Shown here: positions 56,064 through 64,000 of the stretch, piece after piece | How the letters are laid out: each line of letters opens with the position of its first letter | Numbering within the stretch: position 1 is the stretch's first letter | DNA from: a virus | Direction: 5' to 3' (one strand) | IMG/VR virus record: IMGVR_UViG_3300025133_000022 | Coordinates: 32,001-96,000 of that record | Length of the DNA stretch: 64,000 nt | The notes under the pieces: model-generated | Database searches by the model: none | What the model saw: only the letters and a program-made list of their open reading frames with translations | Told to the model about the DNA's origin: nothing | Made by a program: the position numbers and the translations under genes

Positions 56064-56217
56064 TCACCCTGTAGTCAAAGCAGCAGCAGTACGGCTTGCA
56101 GTAGAGTTAGCAGAAGGTGGTCTTGCAAAAACAATTGACCGCGCCATCGATAGAATGGCTTACAGCATTGCAAAAAAAATCATAGAAGAAAAGAAACAAA
56201 AAGGAAAACAGCTATGA
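56029..56217 (+). CDS. Hypothetical protein
   Basis: Coupled ORF. Confidence 0.45.
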   Translation: MQMNVILMEIANHPVVKAAAVRLAVELAEGGLAKTIDRAIDRMAYSIAKKIIEEKKQKGKQL

Positions 56218-56588
56218 GCCTACAATTCAACACAAAAATTACTATCTTAAAAAACCCACGCGGCTCACTCCGCGCATTCGCAACACTGATCGTGAACGAT
56301 GTAATTCACATCAATGGCTTTCGGATCCTAGAAGGTTCTAAAGGAACTTTTGTTTCCGCACCTCAGAAAAAGGGCAACAAGCCAGACCCAGAAACCGGAA
56401 AGGATGTTTACTACGATGAAGTTAGATTCGTAGAAGAAACCAAAGAAGACCAGTGGCGCGGCCCTGTGGCAGAACAAGCATTCCAAACAATTCTTGACGC
56501 ATACAATGTGCAAAGCGGTACTTCTGGCAGCACTGGTCGCCCAGAGCCTACCAACGAGCGTCCAAAAACTCGAGCCGTTCGCTGGTAA
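56214..56588 (+). CDS. spoVG: SpoVG-family nucleic-acid-binding protein
   Basis: LRAFATLIVND...INGFRILEGSKGTFVSAP. Confidence 0.85.
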   Translation: MSLQFNTKITILKNPRGSLRAFATLIVNDVIHINGFRILEGSKGTFVSAPQKKGNKPDPETGKDVYYDEVRFVEETKEDQWRGPVAEQAFQTILDAYNVQSGTSGSTGRPEPTNERPKTRAVRW

Positions 56589-56639
56589 GTAAACAAACCG
56601 GGAGCCCCAAGCTCCCGGTTTTATTGTCTGAGGTAACCA

Positions 56640-57197
56640 ATGTCAAACAACACTAATACCGATGCAGTACCTACCACATCTATCGAAGACATTATGGAAG
56701 AAGTCGTGTCTGGAGCCCAAGCGCATTCAGCTGCTACAGAAATCTTTATGGACTCATTCGTGTTCTACGGAAATACACTTAGCCACTGGCTAGACGAAAT
56801 GGCTGTGGCTATTCCAAAAGAAATTCATCCTGAAGATCTTCAAAGACTGTATCTGGATGTAGCTTATAAAATTCAACGAGCCAGCAATTTCTATACAATG
56901 GCTAGCGCAATCCATGGCGGATTGGTGGATGGTGGAAATATCAAGAAAAGCGATCTTGTAAAATCACTCGTAGATCAATTCTCAACCACTAAGAGAAAAA
57001 GACCTGCTGCCACCATTATTGAACGAATGGCTGACTCTTACATGAATGCAACTGTGCACACTCGCATTGCTGCCAAAATTGTGAAAGATTTCTGGCGCGA
57101 AAGAAAAGATGCGCTGATTGAAATACGAAAATGCTTAGAACAAGTGAGCATCAGTATCCATACAGAGATGAAATACCTCCACGCCAATCGGAATTAA
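56640..57197 (+). CDS. Hypothetical helical protein
   Basis: ORF with GAGG RBS. Confidence 0.6.
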   Translation: MSNNTNTDAVPTTSIEDIMEEVVSGAQAHSAATEIFMDSFVFYGNTLSHWLDEMAVAIPKEIHPEDLQRLYLDVAYKIQRASNFYTMASAIHGGLVDGGNIKKSDLVKSLVDQFSTTKRKRPAATIIERMADSYMNATVHTRIAAKIVKDFWRERKDALIEIRKCLEQVSISIHTEMKYLHANRN

Positions 57198-57200
57198 ACA

Positions 57201-57446
57201 ATGTTTAAAGACACAACAGTAGAACAAAACCAACGTTTAGCCGAAGCCATTCTTACAAGAATGTCTGAGGACGCAACTGAAGGAAACCTTGCTTGGTTAA
57301 CAGAAATCTTATCAGAAGCAATTGAAAGCAATCAAAATCAAGTGACAAACTTACTGTGTGCAGTGTTTAGCTTGGACTGCTATGATGAGCTAATTGAATG
57401 GTTTGATACTGTTCTTGAAGAGTCAGAACTTCAGGACGAATACTAA
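57201..57446 (+). CDS. Hypothetical protein
   Basis: ORF track. Confidence 0.55.
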   Translation: MFKDTTVEQNQRLAEAILTRMSEDATEGNLAWLTEILSEAIESNQNQVTNLLCAVFSLDCYDELIEWFDTVLEESELQDEY

Positions 57447-58012
57447 TGAAAAGTCACGAGGACCACAAAAGACTAATGCTAGCCATCCTACATCAAGCAA
57501 TGGATGACTATGTAAAAATGCAACACCCACGCTGTCGACGACGGAAATACGAAAAAGAAGCATTCTGGAGTGCTCGTGACCTGTTCTGGAACAAAAACCA
57601 TGAGCTAAACATCATAAGTGAAGAAGGGACTCCGGTCACACTTCAAACTTTAGCACTAGCAGCTTCAGGTAGAGGGAATGTAAATCTAAACAATTTACAT
57701 TCCCATCTTGTTAACGAGTCTATTAAATACTGGAAAGAAAAACACGTGAAAACAATAAGTATCCCAGAAGACGTTGTCATTGAAGGTCATGCCTATATGG
57801 TTGAACAAGCTGATAGCCCGCACATTGATTTTGATGCAAAAACCATTCAACTAGACAAGAAGAATCCTGCTGCGGAAAAACAATTTATGCAACTTGTAAT
57901 TGAGCTTAGTTGTCATCACAGAGAAATTCGCACAAGCGCAAAAGCAAGACGTGAGCTTAGCGAAGCAGTCTACGAACTGCTTCGCATGAATGATTGTTTT
58001 ACCGGAGATTAG
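57446..58012 (+). CDS. Hypothetical protein
   Basis: Coupled ORF. Confidence 0.6.
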   Translation: MKSHEDHKRLMLAILHQAMDDYVKMQHPRCRRRKYEKEAFWSARDLFWNKNHELNIISEEGTPVTLQTLALAASGRGNVNLNNLHSHLVNESIKYWKEKHVKTISIPEDVVIEGHAYMVEQADSPHIDFDAKTIQLDKKNPAAEKQFMQLVIELSCHHREIRTSAKARRELSEAVYELLRMNDCFTGD

Positions 58013-58017
58013 AAAGC

Positions 58018-58494
58018 TCAGTAATCCTTCCAGGTCTTAGCAACTCGACCTGCCATAGAAACAAATGTGGAGTTGGGCACAGACTCTATCAAAGAACTAG
58101 CGTTATGAATTTTCTTCGTTTGGTGAATGATTAATTCTGCACCAACTTGGTCAAGCGCATCTTGCTCTACAAGTTTCGCATCAACATAATCTGGTCCGCG
58201 AATAAACACCTGTGGTCGAAGTTGCAAAATAAGTGCAGAAGGGTCAGCTTCAGTAAAAACAACGACCTCATCTACAAATCGACAGCTATTGAGTACATAA
58301 GCACGGTTAATAAGAGGAACAGTTTTGTCTTTGCCATATTTCTTATGTAAATAAGAATCTGCATTAATACCTACGGTTACCCGTCCAAACCTACTAGCAA
58401 ACTCAAACAGCTCAACATGTCCGGCATGCATAACATTAAAAGTTCCTGTAACTAACACATGTGAGGCATGTAGCTTTTCGATTTCTTGAGGCAT
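58018..58494 (-). CDS. Cytidylyltransferase-like nucleotidyltransferase (RfaE/TagD family)
   Basis: TGTFNVMHAGH (HxGH), VGINAD, CRFVDEVVVF. Confidence 0.85.
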   Translation of the reverse strand: MPQEIEKLHASHVLVTGTFNVMHAGHVELFEFASRFGRVTVGINADSYLHKKYGKDKTVPLINRAYVLNSCRFVDEVVVFTEADPSALILQLRPQVFIRGPDYVDAKLVEQDALDQVGAELIIHQTKKIHNASSLIESVPNSTFVSMAGRVAKTWKDY

Positions 58495-58594
58495 AGTATT
58501 ATCTCCATGAAGCGCTATGAATCAAAGACCTTAGGTCAGCAACTCGCTAGACTTGCATATTAAGTCTAACACACAAAAACAATAGGAAACACCC

Positions 58595-59224
58595 ATGTTC
58601 TGTGCATTTATAACACTAGGTGTGATATGCGCTATTCTCTCAGCCGTAATATTCATAGAAATAGAGCACATACACACTCATTACAATGCCAAGATTAAAG
58701 CAATGACAACACAAGTCACAGAAGCTCAAATAATAGAAGCAGACTTGCAAAACAAAATCAAAAACCTTAACCTGCATTTCGAAGAGCAACAGCAAGCAAA
58801 CAAAATCTTGCAGTCAGAAGCTTACAAACGTGGCGATAAAAAAGGCAGACAAGACGCACTCAAGCGAAGCAAAAGCATAACTCACGGATTTGTTTCCGAA
58901 AACTTCGCTCCTCTTTTCAATCACCATGACTGGAACCCCAAAGATTTCAGGCACATGGGGGACCCTATCGACTACCTGGTGATACCTGGCATGAGCTTAG
59001 TTCACCAGGCAGGAGCACAAGCAAATGTTGAGGAAGTTGTCTTGCTGGACATCAAAACCGGCAACAGTCAACTTAATACCGTGCAACGACGTATTCGAGA
59101 TGCCGTTGTGAACGGCAGGGTGCGCTTTGCAACATACAACACAGACAAGGGCCAGCTACGATGCTGGCCACCTAGTCTGGAATCAGCACAATTAAAGCTA
59201 CCACTCAAAACAAATACAAAATGA
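58595..59224 (+). CDS. Holliday-junction-resolvase-like endonuclease with N-terminal TM/coiled coil
   Basis: SENFAP...FRHMGDPIDY...DIKTG...QRRIRDAV. Confidence 0.8.
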   Translation: MFCAFITLGVICAILSAVIFIEIEHIHTHYNAKIKAMTTQVTEAQIIEADLQNKIKNLNLHFEEQQQANKILQSEAYKRGDKKGRQDALKRSKSITHGFVSENFAPLFNHHDWNPKDFRHMGDPIDYLVIPGMSLVHQAGAQANVEEVVLLDIKTGNSQLNTVQRRIRDAVVNGRVRFATYNTDKGQLRCWPPSLESAQLKLPLKTNTK

Positions 59225-59985
59225 AATCAATTACAGCAGACACCTTTTATGAATGTCGCATTTGCGGTCGTGCCTACATGGAGTCAGGAATAGCAAGTTT
59301 CTGTCATCCAGACACTTTCGTCAAATCCGTTGACCCGTACTTAGTTATGGCAGCAATTAGACGTAAGCTCATCAAAGAGCCGACTTATACAGTCAAAGAC
59401 ATTGAAGACTTTCCTGACGAGTCACCAAGACGTTCAGATTTATACGACATGCAAGAACCAGGAAAAGCCAATCCTGGCAAGAACCTAGAGCCTGAGGAAA
59501 AGCATCCACACAACGAGACAGAAGACGGACCCTGCGAACTCACCGAATGGGGAGACCAAGTAGTCACCCACACTAGCGGAGCTAAACGTGCCAACGGAGA
59601 CAAGATCCGCTGGGACCTCATGCCTGTCGCACCTATGCGAGACACCGCGTTGATCTGGACCTTTGGTGCAAATAAATACGGTGACAGAAATTGGGAGCAA
59701 GGTTTCGACTGGTCGGGCCCCTACGCTAGTTTACAGCGACACCTACAAGCATGGTTCTCAGGAGAAGACTTCGACAAAGAGTCTGGCATGAGCCACCTGG
59801 CTCATGCCGCCTGCAACCTACAGATGCTACAGCAGTTTGAGTACACACACAAAGAGGGTGACAACCGCCCTCACAACAGCTGCCCACCGACTAGGAAATC
59901 AAATGCCGAAAGACAAGAGAATGAGTCCACTAAGGACAAAAATAAAAAAGAAAGACATCTTGAAAAAAAACCTACACGTTGGTGA
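59221..59985 (+). CDS. dATP/dGTP diphosphohydrolase domain protein
   Basis: KIRWDLMP...FGANKYGDRNWEQG...RHL...DKESGMSHLAHAACN. Confidence 0.85.
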   Translation: MKSITADTFYECRICGRAYMESGIASFCHPDTFVKSVDPYLVMAAIRRKLIKEPTYTVKDIEDFPDESPRRSDLYDMQEPGKANPGKNLEPEEKHPHNETEDGPCELTEWGDQVVTHTSGAKRANGDKIRWDLMPVAPMRDTALIWTFGANKYGDRNWEQGFDWSGPYASLQRHLQAWFSGEDFDKESGMSHLAHAACNLQMLQQFEYTHKEGDNRPHNSCPPTRKSNAERQENESTKDKNKKERHLEKKPTRW

Positions 59986-60253
59986 TGTGGTCGTCTGTAT
60001 CCCGAACCATGTGCGAACCAATGTTGCCGGTATCGGAATGATCTGTGGGGAAACTCTCCGCCACACTCGAGTGCTGAGAGTCAGTGGAGAAATCATCACA
60101 GGCAACAAACCCCTAAACACCAAAAGTATTGAAGACTGGAGTGGTGCAAACGCAAGCTTTGCACTTCATGCAGGTGGCTTCTACCTGCTTCGCGAACACG
60201 ACACCCAGTTGTGGGTGCAGCAACTTCGCAACTACATCAAAGAGCATACATGA
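59903..60253 (+). CDS. Hypothetical protein
   Basis: ATG after AGGA. Confidence 0.5.
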   Translation: MPKDKRMSPLRTKIKKKDILKKNLHVGDVVVCIPNHVRTNVAGIGMICGETLRHTRVLRVSGEIITGNKPLNTKSIEDWSGANASFALHAGGFYLLREHDTQLWVQQLRNYIKEHT

Positions 60254-60564
60254 AGCCATTAGGTACGTTTCTCAACATCAAGGACGTAGTCGGACAAGAA
60301 ATTTGTAGCGGAGACATCATCATTCACTTTGCTGGAAGAGGCAGGTTTTCTATAGGAGAAACCCTACATGTTGTCTGCGGCATCACCAAGAGCAATATGC
60401 CGAAAAGTATTTATGTTGGTTCTATTCCAATCAGAATCAACGAACTGTCAAACCCACTAACCGTTTCTGTAAAATCAAGAAGAACATCTTATGTACGAAT
60501 AGACAAACCTATTAATGCTTCTAGAATTACAGAAGCACGCAAATACATTCAGGAGAACACATGA
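60250..60564 (+). CDS. Hypothetical protein
   Basis: Coupled ORF. Confidence 0.5.
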   Translation: MKPLGTFLNIKDVVGQEICSGDIIIHFAGRGRFSIGETLHVVCGITKSNMPKSIYVGSIPIRINELSNPLTVSVKSRRTSYVRIDKPINASRITEARKYIQENT

Positions 60565-60824
60565 CGCCAAAAAAAGCATTAGCCACACTCGTAAGAGCAG
60601 CAATGAGTCAAAACCAATTGCTAGTAGGACCTGCTTTGCACCTGCAAAAAACTATAATCAAGGAGCTTGAAGCTCCCCAATTGCATAGCAGTCAGCTAAA
60701 AGCCATCAAGGCTGAGAACACGGACCTAACGCTACGTATCGCTGAACTAGAAGAGGAACTAGCTGAAGCACGCAAACCACGACGCAGAACAAGGAAGAAG
60801 AATGATGACACTGGAACCTCGTGA
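60561..60824 (+). CDS. Hypothetical coiled-coil protein
   Basis: Coupled ORF. Confidence 0.5.
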   Translation: MTPKKALATLVRAAMSQNQLLVGPALHLQKTIIKELEAPQLHSSQLKAIKAENTDLTLRIAELEEELAEARKPRRRTRKKNDDTGTS

Positions 60825-61422
60825 CATGACACTTGCCACATCAAACTATCCTGACAAAGGAAAGCCAGTGTGGTACATGCATCCAGAGCGAACACCGTTG
60901 GGGTTAGAAGATTTTCAAACCCCACTAAAAAACATCTGCAGGTACAACGGCAGTATTCGCTGGCATCTAATTCGTCATCTTGCACTTGGGGTTCTGTTGT
61001 GCCGAGTTCGATTTGGCACAGGTCATTTCGCCCGCAACATTGCGGGCTATTACGCTGCTCACGACCTACACGAATGCATTGTAGGTGACGTAGTCTCCGG
61101 AATGAAAAAATACCTAACAGGCTTTCGAGAAATCGAGAACGCCTGGGAAGTGCATACACATGAGCAAATTGAAATGCCACTAGACTTATCTCTTAGCAAG
61201 AAGGCAGTCCGAGAACTTGACTTGCTTGCTCTTGTTGTAGAGATGAAACGTCTGGAACATCCAGCAGCATACATTGCTGAACGGAACACCAAACTGACAC
61301 CTACAGAAACAGAGCTTGAATGCTTTGATAGTGTAGCTAAGCTCAGTGATGAAGACTGCTGGAAAATTATCACAGATGCAATTGAAACAGCGAGAGAAGA
61401 ACTACCATGGCAACAAAAATAG
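60802..61422 (+). CDS. HD-domain 5'-deoxynucleotidase (YfbR-like)
   Basis: CRYNG...RH...HDLHECIVGDV...D. Confidence 0.75.
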   Translation: MMTLEPRDMTLATSNYPDKGKPVWYMHPERTPLGLEDFQTPLKNICRYNGSIRWHLIRHLALGVLLCRVRFGTGHFARNIAGYYAAHDLHECIVGDVVSGMKKYLTGFREIENAWEVHTHEQIEMPLDLSLSKKAVRELDLLALVVEMKRLEHPAAYIAERNTKLTPTETELECFDSVAKLSDEDCWKIITDAIETAREELPWQQK

Positions 61423-62573
61423 AGATTGAGAACAAGACCGGACTAGCAGCACTAGATGCTATCATTAAGACAACCAGTAAGAAACGAGGAGTAGACCTTA
61501 GCGGCATCCGACTCGGAAGCATAAAACCGTTTAGCACTGGCAGCATGCAGCTTGATCTTGGACTTAAGATCGGAGGCATGCCAGAAGGACGAGTCATTGA
61601 AGTCTTCGGACAAGAGTCTACCCTGAAAACCAGCCTATGTCTCGCTGCACTCGCTCGGAAACAACAAGCTCGAATCGCAGCAGGAATTCATAAACGCGAC
61701 CTCATCCTAGACATCGAGCACTCACTGACCGACCCTTTTATTGAAGGTTTCGGTATCGATCTTGACCAGTGCATCATCTTGCAGCCAGGCTCTGCAGAGG
61801 AAGCATTACAGGTCAGTATCGACTACGTAAAATCAGGTGAAATCGACTGCGTACTCATCGACTCTGTTGATGCTATGCAGAATGAAAAACAACAGCGTCG
61901 TCAGATTGGCGAGAATGATGTTGGAGGCATTTCCAAAGACATGGCAAATGCCATGAGACAGATCAGCAAGCTAGCTGTTCAATATAGTACTACCTATCTG
62001 TTCATTAATCAAATCAAAATGAATCCAGGTGTAATGTTTGGCTCCCCAGAAACCACCCCAGGTGGCTCTGCACTACGTTTCTACGCGAGTCTACGAATCA
62101 AATGCATGAGTCGTAAAGCCTGTCCAGCTATTCCAAACGCTACCACTATGCGCATGCGGATTGTAAAAACAAAAATGGGAGGAGATTTCAATGAAATTAT
62201 TGAAGTTCCATTCGTTTTTGGAAAAGGTTTTGCTAAAGCTCTTGATATCGAAGCAGTAGCCAAAGAATTAAAGATATTACGTCACAGCGCAGGTCAAAGC
62301 AAGGTCCAGTGGGTACCAGATGCAGAGTTCGAACCACTCCTTCTCGACATTGAGAAAGGAAAAAGTGCAGGTCAGCAAGCCCTAATCAACACTCCGTGGC
62401 TGCTCGAACGTCTACGCCAAGCGTGCTTCTTGCATGCAAATGCAGACTGTGCACTTTCCCCAAAAGAAGTCCTAGCAATAGGACCCCCAATACTAACAGA
62501 AGCACAGCAGGAAATCATCACCAAGGCAGAAGCCTTGGTGGAGGAACTTGATGACACCTCAACAGAAGCTTGA
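61407..62573 (+). CDS. recA: RecA recombinase
   Basis: STGSMQLDLGL..GGMPEGRVIEVFGQESTLKT, IDSV, FINQI..NPGVMFGSPETTPGGSALRFYAS. Confidence 0.95.
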   Translation: MATKIEIENKTGLAALDAIIKTTSKKRGVDLSGIRLGSIKPFSTGSMQLDLGLKIGGMPEGRVIEVFGQESTLKTSLCLAALARKQQARIAAGIHKRDLILDIEHSLTDPFIEGFGIDLDQCIILQPGSAEEALQVSIDYVKSGEIDCVLIDSVDAMQNEKQQRRQIGENDVGGISKDMANAMRQISKLAVQYSTTYLFINQIKMNPGVMFGSPETTPGGSALRFYASLRIKCMSRKACPAIPNATTMRMRIVKTKMGGDFNEIIEVPFVFGKGFAKALDIEAVAKELKILRHSAGQSKVQWVPDAEFEPLLLDIEKGKSAGQQALINTPWLLERLRQACFLHANADCALSPKEVLAIGPPILTEAQQEIITKAEALVEELDDTSTEA

Positions 62574-62754
62574 GCACCTACAAGATATGCAATCTTTCCG
62601 AGCCTTGTTCATTCGGAACTTGGCTCGTGAACTTGCTTCATTTATACCAACCCAAACTGTCCAAGAAATAGTTGTGCAAGCATATGCTGAACTTCTGGAC
62701 AAACGACTACCGTCAGCTACCGAGGCATCTTATCCGAAGCCTGCAGAACAATAG
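62548..62754 (+). CDS. Hypothetical protein
   Basis: Coupled ORF. Confidence 0.5.
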   Translation: MMTPQQKLEHLQDMQSFRALFIRNLARELASFIPTQTVQEIVVQAYAELLDKRLPSATEASYPKPAEQ

Positions 62755-62783
62755 GATCAACTACTCAAGGAGGTAGATCCACC

Positions 62784-64000
62784 ATGAGAGAACAACTACA
62801 AACCAGAACAGAAGAGTCCCACGGAGAGCTTAGTAGCGCCCATTTCGGAATTAGCATATCTGATCAAGCTCACGTTATTGGCATTCTAAGAAACCGACTA
62901 TACTCTGATAAAATCATGGCCGTACTTCGTGAGTACGGCACTAATGCGTGGGATGCACACGTCGAAGCAGGTCTTAAAAACAAGCCTATCAAAATCACCT
63001 TGCCAAGCAGGTTCTTGCCAACTCTACGTATTAGAGACTTTGGTCCCGGTATTCCAGAGAAAAACATCTTCGATGTGTATTGCCAGTATGGCAACAGTAC
63101 TAAACGTGAAACAAATACTGCAGTAGGTATGCTCGGTATTGGATGTAAGTCCGGCTTTGCATATTCTGATACATTTACTATTGTCAGTTACCATGCTGGC
63201 ATGAAGAAAACCTATGTCGCATTTATTGACCCAACAAACCTTGGCAAAATGACCAAGCTTGCCGAAACAGAATGTGGCAGCGAAACTGGTGTTGAGATTC
63301 AGATCCAAACCCAAGCCAATGATGTTGACGCATTTCGTAACAAAGCTAGAAGTCTATTCAAGTATTTCAACCCAAGACCAGAAATCAACTGCATACTACC
63401 CATTCGAGAATACACTAACACAGGTACTGGGTGGGCGCTTCGCAGCAAGAACAACAACGATACAGATTCTGGTCCAATTGCGATTATGGGTAACATTGGC
63501 TACCCGATCAAACCCCAGCGCTTAGACAAGCTGCCAGAAAATCTAAAGTCCTTGCTCAATGTTAACATTGACATGCTGTTCCCTATAGGTGCCGTAAGTA
63601 TTGCAGCCAGCAGAGAAGATTTAGAGTACACAGACAAAACTCTGAACGCAATCAGAACCACCCTAGAAATGTGTTTGCGTGAGCTAGAGGTAAATGTAAA
63701 AGAATCTCTAAGTAAAGCAAAAACATTACACGAAGCAAGAAGTACTTTTGTTAAAACAGCAGGTAAAAAATATTCCTGGACCAACAGAAATGGACGACAA
63801 CAAAACTTATCTTGGATTGTCGCTATGGCACACAAAATGTGGAGATCACCAACCACCGGAATCGCATACGACTTAAGCAATAGTGTTTTCTCGCCTCTCC
63901 GTAATAATAAAAACTTACAAGTTCGTGCACTAATGCCAGGAGCCTATCAAACGATAGGTCTTACTTCCAGAGGCACAACCTTTGATCATGGTCAGAATAT
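62784..64000 (+). CDS. rIIA-like GHKL/HSP90-type ATPase protein (runs off the window; absent from the ORF track)
   Basis: LYSDKIMAVLREYGTNAWDAH, IRDFGPGI, GNSTKR, GMLGIGCKSGFAY; GGAGG RBS. Confidence 0.85.
   Translation, partial: MREQLQTRTEESHGELSSAHFGISISDQAHVIGILRNRLYSDKIMAVLREYGTNAWDAHVEAGLKNKPIKITLPSRFLPTLRIRDFGPGIPEKNIFDVYCQYGNSTKRETNTAVGMLGIGCKSGFAYSDTFTIVSYHAGMKKTYVAFIDPTNLGKMTKLAETECGSETGVEIQIQTQANDVDAFRNKARSLFKYFNPRPEINCILPIREYTNTGTGWALRSKNNNDTDSGPIAIMGNIGYPIKPQRLDKLPENLKSLLNVNIDMLFPIGAVSIAASREDLEYTDKTLNAIRTTLEMCLRELEVNVKESLSKAKTLHEARSTFVKTAGKKYSWTNRNGRQQNLSWIVAMAHKMWRSPTTGIAYDLSNSVFSPLRNNKNLQVRALMPGAYQTIGLTSRGTTFDHGQN

Noticed and set aside
352-63880. Numerous antisense or alternate-frame ORFs in the track (e.g. 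352-999, 1869-2498, 2374-2994, 38987-39364, 60692-61180, 63500-63880)
   Set aside because: They overlap well-supported genes or RNAs, lack RBS and motifs, and look like shadow ORFs
1-64000. Genome-wide TAG recoding (genetic code 15), suggested by the CTA tRNA
   Set aside because: Many well-formed genes end in TAG (e.g. at 1515, 4164, 22638, 33427, 58012) and coding density is already high in the standard code; only one interrupted ORF was found

Overview
The window looks like a segment of a large (jumbo-type) bacteriophage genome. Genes are densely packed and almost all on the + strand; no CRISPR array, rRNA gene or structural module was recognised. It holds about 23 conventional tRNA genes (including an amber-suppressor CUA tRNA and an Ile-UAU tRNA), several aberrant tRNA-like RNAs, and a translation/tRNA toolkit: EF-Tu, RlmN-like methyltransferase, CCA-adding enzyme, Pth2, DRB0094-type RNA ligase and Ro60/TROVE. 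Other modules are a Ter-type stress cluster, nucleotide metabolism (dUTPase, class II RNR, dATP/dGTP diphosphohydrolase, HD nucleotidase), recombination (RecA, SSB, Holliday-junction-resolvase-like), a putative E2-JAB-E1-Ubl ubiquitin-like operon, and two group I introns with homing endonucleases (in nrdJ and in a Lon-like ATPase). The main discovery candidate is at 35.8-38.6 kb: eight copies of an RNA scaffold whose terminal stems covary (stem-ATGCC...AGATTACATCG-[cargo]-TAATCT...CTTG-stem). Six carry circularly permuted tRNAs, most with an anticodon loop (Gly-TCC, Ile-TAT, Gln-TTG, Tyr-like GTA, TGA, and one aberrant loop), and two carry non-tRNA cargo. The scaffold resembles bacterial Y RNAs, and the same window encodes Ro60. 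All calls come from reading the sequence by eye; no searches or folding programs were run, so coordinates may be off by a few bases.
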